From positions 1-64,000 of the forward strand of contig CAXXSM010000088.1 in NCBI GenBank assembly GCA_963663405.2: a stretch of DNA of 64,000 bases. The letters run 5' to 3'. The translations under genes and the position numbers were made by a program. Source of the stretch: a bacterium. GTDB lineage: Bacteria > Hinthialibacterota > Hinthialibacteria > Hinthialibacterales > Hinthialibacteraceae. Below are positions 32,951 to 44,408 of this stretch, one piece after another. Every line of letters starts with the position of its first letter. The stretch's first letter is position 1. The notes beneath the pieces are model-generated. The model saw only the letters and a program-made list of their open reading frames with translations, had not been told where the DNA came from and searched no databases.

Positions 32951-33860
32951 TCATTTTTCAGATCCGAAGATCTTGATAAGCGCGTCATCAATACTTGTCA
33001 GATGGATCGAATAGTGATTTTGAATAAGTTGGCTGTTAAGCGAAACATCTTTAACCCGGATGTAACCGACATCGTGTTGGTCTCTCCGGATGGATTTGAT
33101 TTTGGCTGTGTCATACCCCCTCAACGTCGCCAGGCGGGTTCCAAATTCCACTCTGGTAATCTTTTCAGGACCTCCAAGATGAAAGAGGCGGGGCGCCGGA
33201 GGATGTTGAATGAGGAGGCGCATCGCTTGAGTGATATCTTCTACATAGACCGGCGTACGATACTCATCATTGAATAGGGGAATTTCTTCCCGTTCCTGAA
33301 ACGCTTTATCCACCCACTGCGCGAATGAACCGTTTCCTGGATAGGCTTCCGGGCCAATCATCAATGAGGATCGGACAATGATACAATTGGGGCAGAGGCG
33401 CTGGACAACGATTTCCCCCTCTCTTTTTGTTTTGCCGTAAAACGTGAGGGGTTCCGGTTCCGTGGTTTCGTCATATGGCGCATTCTCGCCATTAAACACT
33501 AAGTCCGTGGATATATAAATGAATAAAGTATCTTGATCCGGAAGCGATTGGACTAGGAATTTAGTTCCCGTAACATTTATTTCCCGGGCGATTTCATGGC
33601 TCTTTTCGCACTTTGATGGATCAGCCAATGCGGCGCAATGGATGACGATGTGTGGTTGAAATTCTTTCAAAGCGGATTCTATTGTATCGCGCCGCATCAA
33701 TTCCATATGGATCGCTTCACAATCAGGAATTTGAATCCGCCTGCTGGCGTATGTGAACGCGGTTTTATGATCGATTCCCAATTCACGGGCAATAAAATAG
33801 CCTAAGTAACCACTGCCTCCAGTGACAAGAACCTCTCTTTTTTTCTTCTGATTGTCCCAC
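32951..33860 (-). CDS. dTDP-4-dehydrorhamnose reductase-like SDR (RmlD family)
   Basis: VLVTGGSGYLG upstream of the called start, IHCAA, YISTDLVF, YGKTK. Probable GTG start at 33860 with a 1-nt indel. Confidence 0.85.
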
Positions 33861-33888
33861 GTTGGTTCTCTTCCCCCCTTGTTTATAG

Positions 33889-34689
33889 TTATTTATTACT
33901 TTCCATGTTCTTCGCTTCTTCCCAAAGGGCGTCCATCTCTTCTAATGAAGCCTCATCGAGCGATCGATCGTTCTTTTCCATCGTTGATTCGATATGATGA
34001 AATCGGCGCTTGAATTTTTTATTGGTGCGCGAGAGCGCTTGTTCGGGATCAATATCGAGATATCGCGCAAGATTGACTAATGCGAATAACAGGTCACCGA
34101 ACTCATCTTCTACCCGTTCATGATTTTCATTCGACTTGGCGTGACGGAACTCGCGCCATTCCTCTTCGAATTTGTCGAAAACCTCTTCGATACGATTCCA
34201 ATCGAATCCAACGCGGGACGCCCGGTCTTGGATTTGATAAGCGTGCATCAACGCCGGGAGTGAGAGAGCGACACCATCAAGAATCGATTTGCGGTGCGGC
34301 TTTTCTTTCTTCTTATCCGCCTCCCAATTCCGAAGCACTTCATCAGCGGTCCGGGCGTCGCGATCACCAAAGACGTGTGGGTGTCTTCGCAGTAATTTAT
34401 CACAGATATTATTCAATACATCTAGAATATCAAAACGGTTATCCTCTTCTGCGACGCAGGCGTGGAAAACCACTTGGAGGAGCACATCGCCGCATTCTTC
34501 CGCAAGGGCTTTGTCATCACCTTCATCCACACTTTCGACCAGTTCGTACGCTTCTTCAATCATGTATTTTTTCAAAGTCTCATGGGTCTGTTTCCGATCC
34601 CAGGGACATCCATCGGGAGCGCGCAACCTCGCCATGATATCCACCAGCTCTATAAATTTCTCTGCGATCATTTTTTTTCGATCGATCAT
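33889..34689 (-). CDS. mazG: Nucleoside triphosphate pyrophosphohydrolase
   Basis: LRAPDGCPWDRKQT, EEAYE, EECGDVLLQVVFH, RRHPHVF, EFGDLLF. Confidence 0.95.
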   Translation of the reverse strand: MIDRKKMIAEKFIELVDIMARLRAPDGCPWDRKQTHETLKKYMIEEAYELVESVDEGDDKALAEECGDVLLQVVFHACVAEEDNRFDILDVLNNICDKLLRRHPHVFGDRDARTADEVLRNWEADKKKEKPHRKSILDGVALSLPALMHAYQIQDRASRVGFDWNRIEEVFDKFEEEWREFRHAKSNENHERVEDEFGDLLFALVNLARYLDIDPEQALSRTNKKFKRRFHHIESTMEKNDRSLDEASLEEMDALWEEAKNMESNK

Positions 34690-34766
34690 CAAACTCTCCT
34701 GCACAGATTTAAGGTATAATGAATCATAGCATGACCCGGCTGATTTCGAATGTAGAGAGAAAGAGA

Positions 34767-35451
34767 ATGACACAGCGATTTCTATTCTATTCTATAGTCA
34801 TCATGTGTGGATTAATCGCGAACCAGACGGCGGCGGATGTGGTTATCTTCCATAACGGGGATTTTAAATATGGGGATGCGAATGTTTTACCGAACGGGGA
34901 TGTGATTTTGACTGTAAAAGGAGTTTCAAAAGTCTTCAAAGCCACACAAGTAAAGGACGTGGTTAAGGGGATCAACAAACCCGCTCCTGGGGAGGTTGTC
35001 CGGGCGACGGATTTCGTCCATGCAGCGACATCTCAAATATTGGATATCACGGGTTGGATCACTCATCGCACAACCATGACAAATTATGATCAAAAGAAAT
35101 TCACTATCGACGTGGAAGATGGTTTTGAGATTCCCATCATAAGCGTGTATCCAACCCACTACACTTTCTTCAAACGGCAGGGAACATTCATGAAAGCCGC
35201 GCTGATCAATTCTTCTTCGGATACCTTCAGGGCAGTCCATTTCCGTGTATTCATTTTATGATCTGCTTGATGAGGAAGAGAAGAAAATATGGGGGGATAC
35301 GCCTGAAATTCTTCTTGGATCGAAAGATCTATATTTCCGGACTTTCCCAGGCCGAACCAAGGAGGGACCTTATCGCCTTAAAGTGGAAGTGGATATGCCT
35401 GATGTGCCCTATGAGCGGATCGATCGGATTCGGGTGATTCGGCGGTATTGA
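34767..35451 (+). CDS. Secreted hypothetical protein (frameshift near 35255)
   Basis: Signal peptide ending AA|DVVIFHNGD; continues into ORF 35245. Confidence 0.55.
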
Positions 35452-35595
35452 CCGGGGATTTTCGTTTGAAGATTCACACGGCATCAAAAAACGCAATCTC
35501 TAAACCTTTTTCGTTTGAATCACGAAGCGCCCGGGAATATACAGATTTCATGGAAATATTTCGTAGCCATCGCGCCTTTTCCGTGGCATCCGTGA

Positions 35596-36624
35596 TTAAA
35601 AATCCACCCCGATTCGAATCGCGGCGAAGGGGCCGTCGTCCAATTCAATCCGGTTATCGTTCCGGTCATCGTAATCTTCCCCTTCAAAGAAAAACCGGTC
35701 GAAGGCGAATCCACCGGATAAATCAAGATAGACATTTCTTGCCAATTCGATCTTGACACCGCCTCCAATGCGCTTTTCGTAGAAAAAGAGCCGGTCATCG
35801 TCATCAAGCCGGTCCGCAAGGAAGAAGCGGTCATTATCCCAATCGAACCGTGTATAGAGACTCACCGGTTTCATCATTTCATAGGTGACCTGCGCGTGGA
35901 CTTTCCGGAGCGCGAAGTAATTCATTTCAATCCGCAATTCTTCAAACGGGCTGGCGTCTAAGAAAAGAAATGGAATGCCAACGGCGGCGCGGCAATATTC
36001 AGTGGGCTGAAAATAGTATCCGGCGCCGGGAAGAGGGATATTGTTCAAATATTCGCGGTTGTTGGAATAATGAAGAAACAAGAGCCAGGCGTTATCATCC
36101 GCGCTGGGGATTCGTAGAAATCCAGTCGCTCGTGTTTCCATCTCATCCCCACTATCAAAAAGTTCGTCGCTGGCCGAACCGAATTGAAGGTTTCCTCCTC
36201 CGATCCAATCATTGTCGAAAAGCCGCCGGTATGTCGTCCCAAATTGCAGAGACGTAAGATCATCAGGAAATCGCCGCCCCGAATCAGGGAAGATGGCGCG
36301 GGTGTCAAAATCGATATAATCGATTGATGTATTGAGTGTCCATTCATTCTCCGCATTCTGCCAGGCCGGATAGATCAAACCCGCGTTGTGCCGGGTGAAT
36401 TCCATATCCGCCGCCTGATGGCGGATACTTTCTTCGGCGAAGTATCCAGCCTCATAGAATGGAATCGGTTTTAGATCGCCCATGGATGGTTTGAACCAGA
36501 GTTTCAGATCGCTCTGCGCCTCTGTGTTTGAAGGGATTGCGATCATCACAAGAAATCCTGCTCCAATCCAACAAGCGAAGGTATATAATAACCGAAAACT
36601 CATCAGATATTTTTTCCTTTTCAC
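35596..36624 (-). CDS. Probable outer-membrane beta-barrel protein
   Basis: Signal peptide, alternating aromatic beta-strands, C-terminal AIRIGVDF. Confidence 0.65.
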   Translation of the reverse strand: MKRKKYLMSFRLLYTFACWIGAGFLVMIAIPSNTEAQSDLKLWFKPSMGDLKPIPFYEAGYFAEESIRHQAADMEFTRHNAGLIYPAWQNAENEWTLNTSIDYIDFDTRAIFPDSGRRFPDDLTSLQFGTTYRRLFDNDWIGGGNLQFGSASDELFDSGDEMETRATGFLRIPSADDNAWLLFLHYSNNREYLNNIPLPGAGYYFQPTEYCRAAVGIPFLFLDASPFEELRIEMNYFALRKVHAQVTYEMMKPVSLYTRFDWDNDRFFLADRLDDDDRLFFYEKRIGGGVKIELARNVYLDLSGGFAFDRFFFEGEDYDDRNDNRIELDDGPFAAIRIGVDF

Positions 36625-36755
36625 TTTTCCATCCCCTATTCTTTCTTGTCTATTTTTGGTTAAGTATAGTTATACCCCATCTGTTGATTGAAAAAAAGAG
36701 AGCGGTTCTCTTTCCCAGAATAATAATAGAATAGCCGATTGGAGGGAAACAAAAA

Positions 36756-38809
36756 ATGAAGTGGAAAACCTTATTGTTAATTGTCAGCGGCATTGGACTT
36801 CTGTGGATGAGTACAGGCGCTTTTGCTGATACCTATCCCATTCAAACGGCGCCCGCCTTGGATCAGAGTAATAATATTCGAAACTATCTGATGCGCGTAG
36901 CGAGTGATGTGACCCATCACTCATTGGATGGAATCGAGACTCTTGACGATTGGAAAAAGATCCGAAGTCAGCGCTATCAACAATACCTCGAAATGATGAG
37001 TCTGACAGATGTGCCCTTAGAAGGAGAACGTCCCGCCGCTTAATGTTCATATTGTTGACACGATCCAGCAGGATGGATTTCGTATTCAGAAACTCTGGTA
37101 TGAATCTTTGCCGAAATTGTACGTTCCAGCGGATCTGTATATTCCCGATGGGATAACCGATCCGGTTCCAGGAGTGATCTATGTCTGCGGTCATTCACGC
37201 ACACAGAAAGTCCATTATCAAGGCTATCCAAGGAAATTCGCGCAGTTGGGATTTGTTTGTCTAATTATTGAAACCATTCAATGGGGCGAAGTGAAAGGAT
37301 CGCACTGGGGATGCTATGCCGAAGGGCGTTTCAATTGGTACAGCCGGGGATACATGCCGGGTGGAGTGGAATTATGGAACGCCATTCGTGGATTGGATCT
37401 TCTCTGTTCGTTGGATGAAGTGAATCCGGACAAACTGGGCGTGACTGGCATATCGGGTGGAGGCACTCAGAGCTGGTACATCGCCGCCGCCGATCCACGG
37501 ATTAAAGTATCCGCGCCGGTTTGTGGAACGTCGACTGTTGAATCTCATATCCACCAGCGCACCATTGATGGGCACTGCGATTGTATGATGCCGATCAACA
37601 CCTACCTTCAGGATTTCCATGACATTGGCGCGTTAATCGCTCCCCGGCCTTTGATGATCGCATCCGCCGATCGGGATGGGCTTAATTCGATTGAAGCGGC
37701 CCATCAATGTCATGATTACATCAAGAAGATTTACGATCTGTATGGCGCGGGAGATAATCTGTATTTTGTTGAAACACCAGGAGGACATTCCTATCATGAA
37801 AGTTCCCGCACCAAAATCTTCTCCCTTTTTATGAAGGAACTTATGGGGAAAGATGTTCCTCCGGAAGAAGTTGGGGACATTGATCTGACTCAAGAATCGT
37901 TTCTCTCCGTTGAAGAATTGCAGATCTATGTTGATGGCCCTCCAACGGACGACCGCACGACAACGATTCAAGATTCGTTTCAGAAAATGGCGGAACCGCC
38001 CTCGATTAAAACAACGGAGGATTTAAAACAATACCGGGGATCAAACCATTGCTCTATTAAAGGAAAAAACGTTTCGGGCGTTTCCAAAAGATCCTTGCGA
38101 TTTATCGATCCGTCAGGAATTCAGAGCGCGTAATGGCAATGGAGGCTACCGTGATTACAGTTTTGTTCCGGAAGAAGGTTTCCGGCTACGTGTGAGAGTG
38201 CATTGGAGAGACAATCCAGACGCGAAACGGCCGTTATTGCTGGTCCTGCGCAATCCCAACGAAGAACGCTGGGCGTCGGAAGGTTTCTCCAGTGGAGCGC
38301 CCTGGAACCAAGCGTATTTCGAGGCGCGCGGCATCGGCGCGACAAGCTGGAGTCAAGGATTGCAATGGCACCTCCGGCGCGCGTCCGCTTGGACGGGGAG
38401 GACCATCGCTTCAATGCGTGTGTATGATGTGTTGCGGTGTCTGGAAACGCTTCGAAAACTGGATGGAGTGGATGGTGATAAAATTGCGATCGCCGCGCGG
38501 GGAGAAATGGCGGCGGTAGCGCTATATGCGGCGTTATTGGACGGGAAAGTTCATACTGTTCTGCTCGCCGATCCTCCCGCGACACAGAATGCGGAAAGCG
38601 CGAAAGACGGACGGGGTGAAGCGATTGAAATGCTCAATTGCTTGCGCATAACGGATCTCCCTCAAACCGCCGCCGCGATCTGGCCGGCGCATGTTCGTTT
38701 TCTCGGAACTCCACCTTCCACATACAACTGGGCGTTAAATGTATCTGAAACGATTGGAGATAAAAATAGAATACAAGTCATAAACCGCATGGCCGATTGG
38801 AGACCGTGA
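36756..38809 (+). CDS. Secreted two-domain alpha/beta hydrolase (acetylxylan-esterase-like), frameshifted
   Basis: YVCGH, GVTGISGGG nucleophile elbow, DGHCDC, second domain MRVYDVLR; three ORFs in register. Confidence 0.8.
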
Positions 38810-38865
38810 TAAATACACATTAAATGTAAGTTTTTCAGCCGTATAAAAATATAAAGGATAAAATA

Positions 38866-40320
38866 ATGAGAATACGATTGTTTTGCTTATTACTATTCAT
38901 TGTCATCAATTCACCTGTGAACGCAGGCACAATCACAGTGGCGCAGGATGGATCTAGGGATGTGAACAGTGTCCAAGCCGCTGTGGCCACCGTGGATAAT
39001 GGAGACGAGATCGTTATTTTGGACAGCGCTGTGTATGAAGAAGATTTAATCGCCGGCGCCGCCGCTGAATTTGCCTCTCAGTTCACCTTGAAAGCGGCCG
39101 AGGGACAGACGCCTGTAATCCGCGCTTTGAATGCTTCTTCGCGGTTGGAACCATATGGCGTTCCTAGCACGGATCTCCTTGGCGCGATCTTTTTTGGATG
39201 CGTGGGAGTCTTGATCGAAGGAATTACATTCGAGAATCAGACCACGGATGTCAATGCTAATACAATCTCCAGCGCAATTGCTTTATTGGATTGCAATAAC
39301 GTCACTCTCCGAAATTGCACGATCCGGGGCGCGGGGGGACCGGGAACGGGATACGCCGCATTCAATTTCGGCATTCTTGTCTATGGACTATCTTTGGCTC
39401 CCACCGGAATCCTTCTTGAGGACTGTGTTGTCGAGGAATGTCATTTTGGCGTACAGTTTTTAAAAGCGGAAGCGGGCGCTCCAACAGATCCATCCGTCAC
39501 ACTCCGACGATGCGTAATTCAGAACTGCAATGGAAATGGGATCGAAATGGATTGCGCGTCAACGCCTGAACCCGTAGATCCCAACCGCCAGGCTATAGGC
39601 GAGGGCCATCTCATCGAAGACACTCAGATCATTAATTGTCAAAATCCCGCGACATTGGGTGGTGGAAAAATCGTGTTTCGGAACTGTGATTTACTTGGCA
39701 ATCGCGGTTATATGAATATCGATAAACAAGACACGGGTGAATTGCCTGTCCTGGCTGAATTAGATAATGTTGCGATTATCGGTTCAGAAAATATGGGGAT
39801 ACGAGTCATCGATGGGATTGTGAATATGACCCGCTGCATCATCGCCGGATGCGCGAATGAAGGTCTTTATGTTAGAGAGAACGCGGATGAGGCTCTGGTC
39901 ACGGTCGATCATTGCGATTTCTATCAAAACCTTGTCAATACGCCTGAATCATTTGAAATCCGTCTTGATCCGGCTACGGTGCTCGATCGGATTATCAATG
40001 TAAGCAATACCAACGTCATTGGCGTGGCGGGGATCATCAACGGCAATCCTGATGCGCCGGACTTTTACGATGACGACGCGGTGACGGCGTCATATTGCAA
40101 TGTGCAGGCCGAGTTCGAAACCTACCTGAACGTCACCGTGGACCATGATGTGTCTCTTGATCCAATGTATGTCAATCCCAGCGCCGATCCAGAAACCTTC
40201 ACCCGTGAAGGATTTCAACTGCAGGAAGATTCACCGATCGCCACCGCTGGGAGTGATGGTGGTTATATTGGTTCGCAAGGACTTGTTCCTGTTGGAATTT
40301 TACATTGGATGATGTATTGA
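38866..40320 (+). CDS. Secreted right-handed beta-helix protein
   Basis: Signal peptide, TITVAQDG..SVQAAV, IEGITF, beta-helix repeats; ends VGILHWMMY. Confidence 0.78.
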   Translation: MRIRLFCLLLFIVINSPVNAGTITVAQDGSRDVNSVQAAVATVDNGDEIVILDSAVYEEDLIAGAAAEFASQFTLKAAEGQTPVIRALNASSRLEPYGVPSTDLLGAIFFGCVGVLIEGITFENQTTDVNANTISSAIALLDCNNVTLRNCTIRGAGGPGTGYAAFNFGILVYGLSLAPTGILLEDCVVEECHFGVQFLKAEAGAPTDPSVTLRRCVIQNCNGNGIEMDCASTPEPVDPNRQAIGEGHLIEDTQIINCQNPATLGGGKIVFRNCDLLGNRGYMNIDKQDTGELPVLAELDNVAIIGSENMGIRVIDGIVNMTRCIIAGCANEGLYVRENADEALVTVDHCDFYQNLVNTPESFEIRLDPATVLDRIINVSNTNVIGVAGIINGNPDAPDFYDDDAVTASYCNVQAEFETYLNVTVDHDVSLDPMYVNPSADPETFTREGFQLQEDSPIATAGSDGGYIGSQGLVPVGILHWMMY

Positions 40321-40454
40321 TATCGCGCCATCCACCAACATATTAACTACACACTTGTTATTCTTCCTTACGTGATAATTTATCGTGTCCAGGTGTAAAC
40401 GGCGCCCCACACATTCTTGTCCCACCCTTTTTTAATCCATAGGAGAGTGTCACT

Positions 40455-41126
40455 ATGAAATCCAGTCAAATGCCATTTAGCATAATCCATACTACATTGA
40501 AAGCGTTGCTTGTATTGTTAGCAATTCCAGTGAGTATTGACATAGCGCAGTCCAGCGATTCGTCTGATGGATTGGATTTAAAAGGCGCGCGGATCGCTAT
40601 CATTGTGGCGGAAGGGTATCACGATCATGAATTCTGGTTTCCCTATTACCGGTTCAAGGAAGAAGGCGCGGAAGTGATTGTGGCCGGTCCAAAAAAGGGA
40701 ACGATTTATGGGGAGGGATTGCATGGGAAAGATGGCTTGCCTGCTAATATTCCTCATACGGTCGAAGAGATCATGGATCAGGAATTCGATCTCATTTATC
40801 TCCCCGGCGGTTTATGGGCGCCGATGACCTTGCGCGTCCACCGTCCAACAATTGAATTGGTGAAGAAAGCGATGAAAGAAGATACACTCGTTGCGGCGAT
40901 CTGTCATGCGTCATGGATTCTTGTCTCAGCGGATGAGGTGAAAGATCGAAAGATCGCCTGCCCATCCGACATGGCGGTGGATGTGACTAACGCGGGTGGG
41001 ATCTATGTCAAAGACCGCTGTGTTCGAGATGGTAATCTAATCACAGCCGTTTACTTTGGTTATCTACCAGAGCATTTTCGCGTATTGATGCCTGCGCTTA
41101 GAGGAAAAATCTTAAAAAAAGAATGA
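40455..41126 (+). CDS. DJ-1/PfpI family protein with N-terminal signal
   Basis: AIIVAEGYHDHE, LPGG, AAICHA, RDGNLIT. Confidence 0.9.
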   Translation: MKSSQMPFSIIHTTLKALLVLLAIPVSIDIAQSSDSSDGLDLKGARIAIIVAEGYHDHEFWFPYYRFKEEGAEVIVAGPKKGTIYGEGLHGKDGLPANIPHTVEEIMDQEFDLIYLPGGLWAPMTLRVHRPTIELVKKAMKEDTLVAAICHASWILVSADEVKDRKIACPSDMAVDVTNAGGIYVKDRCVRDGNLITAVYFGYLPEHFRVLMPALRGKILKKE

Positions 41127-41263
41127 TAGGGTGTACAATGTAAGGAATTTATGAAAAATATCTGGAAAAGATAGACTGAAATTTACTATATTCTACAATT
41201 TAATAATACCCCGTGTGACGAGAACTTACTAAACTCTATCAGTAGCATGAAAGTGAGTGAGCG

Positions 41264-41857
41264 ATGTTATCTGATCAGGAAAAGAAACAAAGCGCGTTTA
41301 CGCTGATCGAGTTGTTGATTGTCGTGGCGATCATCGGCATTTTGGCGGCGATCGCCGTTCCAAACATGCTGAACGCGCAGATGAAAGCCCGCATCAGCCG
41401 CGTACACGCCGACCAGAAAGCCGTCAGCGACGCGTTGGAGATGTATTACATCGATTGGAATACATATGTGGAAGACCACGATTACCCTTCGGACACGTCA
41501 CAACGTGGATTATTCCGCTTGACCTCACCGATGGCGTATATGTCCTCCCTGCCCAGAGATCCATTCATCCCTTCCTACAAAGAGGGGAACGAGGAAGACA
41601 ATCCGACCTTTGAATTCGGTTCCGGCCACGCTACGCAATCCAAGCAATGGCCCGCGCAAGCGTATATTATCATATCACCCGGCCCGGATTTAGAAGAACA
41701 AGTCAGTGGAAACGACGGATTCCCCCGGAACGTAAAAATTTACCGCTATTCGATCACCAACGGAACCATGAGCAGTGGGGATATCGTCCGATTGGGAGGA
41801 AATTACAATTCCGGCGTCATTGTGATGGATGGTAAGTATTTCGTCGGTTCTCCATAA
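41264..41857 (+). CDS. Prepilin-type (GspG-like) protein, copy 3
   Basis: A|FTLIELLIVVAIIGILAAIAVPNMLNAQ; LTSPMAY..PRDPF; PGPD; TNGTMSSGDI. Confidence 0.88.
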   Translation: MLSDQEKKQSAFTLIELLIVVAIIGILAAIAVPNMLNAQMKARISRVHADQKAVSDALEMYYIDWNTYVEDHDYPSDTSQRGLFRLTSPMAYMSSLPRDPFIPSYKEGNEEDNPTFEFGSGHATQSKQWPAQAYIIISPGPDLEEQVSGNDGFPRNVKIYRYSITNGTMSSGDIVRLGGNYNSGVIVMDGKYFVGSP

Positions 41858-41883
41858 AGTATAAGCGTTTATATGATTTCAAT

Positions 41884-41928
41884 AGATGGTGGGCTGCAAT
41901 TTGTGTCAGCCCACCATCTTTTATTTTT
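41884..41928 (+). terminator. Rho-independent terminator
   Basis: AGATGGTGGGCTG/CAGCCCACCATCT 13-bp stem followed by a T-rich tract. Confidence 0.7.
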
Positions 41929-42011
41929 AGCTATTGATAAAAAAGAAAATGAATCGTATGATGTGAATAGATGTGGACATTCGATTAATAATGATGAAGG
42001 ATTGTATAGTC

Positions 42012-42158
42012 ATGTTAAAACAATTTACTTTAGAGTACTGGCTTGATGATGATTGGTATGTAGGACGATTAAAAGAAGTCCCCGGCGTATTTAGCCAAGG
42101 AGAAACTCTTGAGGAACTGGAAGAGAATATACTTTACGCAAATCAGATTACTTTGTAA
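42012..42158 (+). pseudogene. hicB: Truncated HicB-family antitoxin (48 aa)
   Basis: MLKQFTLEYWLDDDWYVGRLKEVPGVFSQGETLEELEENI, then diverges and stops. Confidence 0.75.
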
Positions 42159-42194
42159 TATATAGATAACCGTTTTTAATAAAGAGAGAATATC

Positions 42195-44408
42195 ATGGTA
42201 GATCCAGTAATGAGTATCGCTTCTGACACAGCAGTTGGGATTATCTCTGAATTATTCAAAAAAAGTCTCAGCACATTTAAAGACGCTAAAATATTGATTC
42301 GTAGTAAATATCAGAAAAGCAATTCAATTGGAATGAATGCTCGGAATTATGCAAATCAAATGGAAATACGATATAACTCTATGCGTATCTTCGGAATGAG
42401 CGAACCACGACCTTTGCGCAATATATACGTAAGAGTAAATATCCTGGAGAAAATCCGCGCGCGAATGAGAATTTCTATTGAAGAATTAGAAAAAGCCGTG
42501 GATTGCGACAGGCTAGGTTTTGGAAATGTGTTGGAAACCAAGGCTGGTTTGAATGTGATAGACGAGATTGAGAAAGTGATCGTTCTTGGGAAACCGGGAG
42601 CTGGTAAAACTACCTTTTTGAAATACATCGCTTTAATGGCGATGGATGGGAAACTGAAAAAAAACCGTATTCCCGTTTTTGTTGGTCTAAAAGAATGGTC
42701 GGATACGAAATTGGCTTTACTCGATTTTATAGTTGAACAGTTTGATATCTGTGGTTTTCCAGAAGCGAAACCTTATATCGAACATGTATTAAAACAAGGA
42801 AACTGCATTCTTCTTTTAGATGGTTTTGATGAAATAACGGTAGACCTTGATAAGGCGATTAAAGAAATTCTTGATTTTTCGGACAAATACAGTAAAAACC
42901 AATTTGTTCTCAGTTGTCGTATCGCCGCGTTTAATTATGTATTTGAAAAATTTACTGAAGTCGAGATGGCAGATTTTGATGACGAACAGATCGAAGCGTT
43001 TATTAAAAACTGGTTTGGGAAAGATATAAAGACAGCGCATGAGTGTTGGAAGAAAATGGAAGAAAATAAATTCATTAAGGAGATCGCGTCTATTCCCCTT
43101 TTACTCACTTTACTCTGTCTGGCATATGATGAAAATTTGGATTTTTCTTCGAATCGCGCAGAATTATATGGTGATGGGATTGACACTCTTCTTAAAAAAT
43201 GGGATAAATCGAGAAGAATCAAACGGCAGGAAATATACAAAAATCTCTTGCCTGATAGAAAAAAGAGTATGCTTGGAAAAATCGCTGCAAAGTCCTTTCA
43301 GGATAACCATTATTTTCTACCGAAGCGGACACTAGAAAATTATATCGCTGATTATATTCAACATCTTCCGGAAGCGAATATAGATTCCCTTCAATTGGAT
43401 AGCGAAGCCGAATTAAAAGCGATTGAAGCGCAACATGGTTTACTCGTAGAACGTGCAAAAGGTATCTATTCATTCTCCCATTTAACTTTTCAGGAATATT
43501 TTACTGCGTATTATATAGTTGAAAACAAAGAAAAAGGAAGTTTTGAGATTCTTGCGAATCATTTAAATGAAGATAAATGGAGAGAGGTTTTTCTTCTAAC
43601 AGTGGGTATGTTGCCCGAAGCGGATGACTTTCTTTTATACGTACGAAAGAAAATCCATGAATTCACAAATCAGAGAATCTCATTATTCCTTGATACTGCA
43701 ACTCAGTGTATAAAGGAAACATCCAATTACCCCCCTCATATTTGTAAAGTATTGTCAATCAATATTGTTCTTTTTATTGTCAACTCTCTTCATTTACCTT
43801 ATACCCATCGACGTGTTAATGATCGTGACCAAGCCTTTGATCTTGCTCATACGTGTGAACTTATCCTAAACCTTGATCGTAACTTTTCTAGTATTCATTC
43901 TAGTATTATTAATCGTTCTCATGTGCGTGCATTTGCTTTTGATCTTGCCAATGACCTAGATGTTAAGTTAAAAAATAATCAAATTGAAAAACTCGTTTTC
44001 GATTTTTTCTCTGATTTAAATAAAAAAGATATATCTTCTCTCTATCTCTACATACACAGTACTCATTTATTGGTGGAATGCCTTGATATAGGTTGTTATA
44101 TTTCGAAAGAGACTCGGCAAGAATTGTTGGATAGTCTTTTAACGGAAACTTGGAAAGAAAAGGGAGTTATGTATGACCTTGAAAAGAAAGTAAATTTAAT
44201 CTTCTTAAAACATTTTACTTTAGAGTATTGGATTGATGATAGTTGGTATATTGGACGATTGCTGGAAATTCCCGGAGTATTTAGCCAAGGAAAAACTCTG
44301 AATGAATTGGAAGATAACATAATAGACGCTTTTAATATGATGTATGAAGAAGAGGAATATACACCACAAAAAGATATTCACACTAAGAAACTAGGAGTCG
44401 CAGTGTGA
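42195..44408 (+). CDS. NACHT (STAND) NTPase with C-terminal in-frame HicB antitoxin domain
   Basis: Walker A GKPGAGKTT, Walker B LLLDGFDE, SCR, PLLL, FSHLTFQEYFTA, WREVFLL, NCH2-like LLVECL..CYIS..RQEL. The last ~68 aa are HicB (FTLEYW..WYIGRL.EIPGVFSQGKTLNELEDNIIDAF). Confidence 0.9.
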   Translation: MVDPVMSIASDTAVGIISELFKKSLSTFKDAKILIRSKYQKSNSIGMNARNYANQMEIRYNSMRIFGMSEPRPLRNIYVRVNILEKIRARMRISIEELEKAVDCDRLGFGNVLETKAGLNVIDEIEKVIVLGKPGAGKTTFLKYIALMAMDGKLKKNRIPVFVGLKEWSDTKLALLDFIVEQFDICGFPEAKPYIEHVLKQGNCILLLDGFDEITVDLDKAIKEILDFSDKYSKNQFVLSCRIAAFNYVFEKFTEVEMADFDDEQIEAFIKNWFGKDIKTAHECWKKMEENKFIKEIASIPLLLTLLCLAYDENLDFSSNRAELYGDGIDTLLKKWDKSRRIKRQEIYKNLLPDRKKSMLGKIAAKSFQDNHYFLPKRTLENYIADYIQHLPEANIDSLQLDSEAELKAIEAQHGLLVERAKGIYSFSHLTFQEYFTAYYIVENKEKGSFEILANHLNEDKWREVFLLTVGMLPEADDFLLYVRKKIHEFTNQRISLFLDTATQCIKETSNYPPHICKVLSINIVLFIVNSLHLPYTHRRVNDRDQAFDLAHTCELILNLDRNFSSIHSSIINRSHVRAFAFDLANDLDVKLKNNQIEKLVFDFFSDLNKKDISSLYLYIHSTHLLVECLDIGCYISKETRQELLDSLLTETWKEKGVMYDLEKKVNLIFLKHFTLEYWIDDSWYIGRLLEIPGVFSQGKTLNELEDNIIDAFNMMYEEEEYTPQKDIHTKKLGVAV

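Noticed and set aside
42012-44321. hicB repeats as a DGR template/variable pair or as att sites
   Set aside because: Mismatches are not adenine-specific, there is no reverse transcriptase or integrase, and divergence is too high for a target-site duplication.
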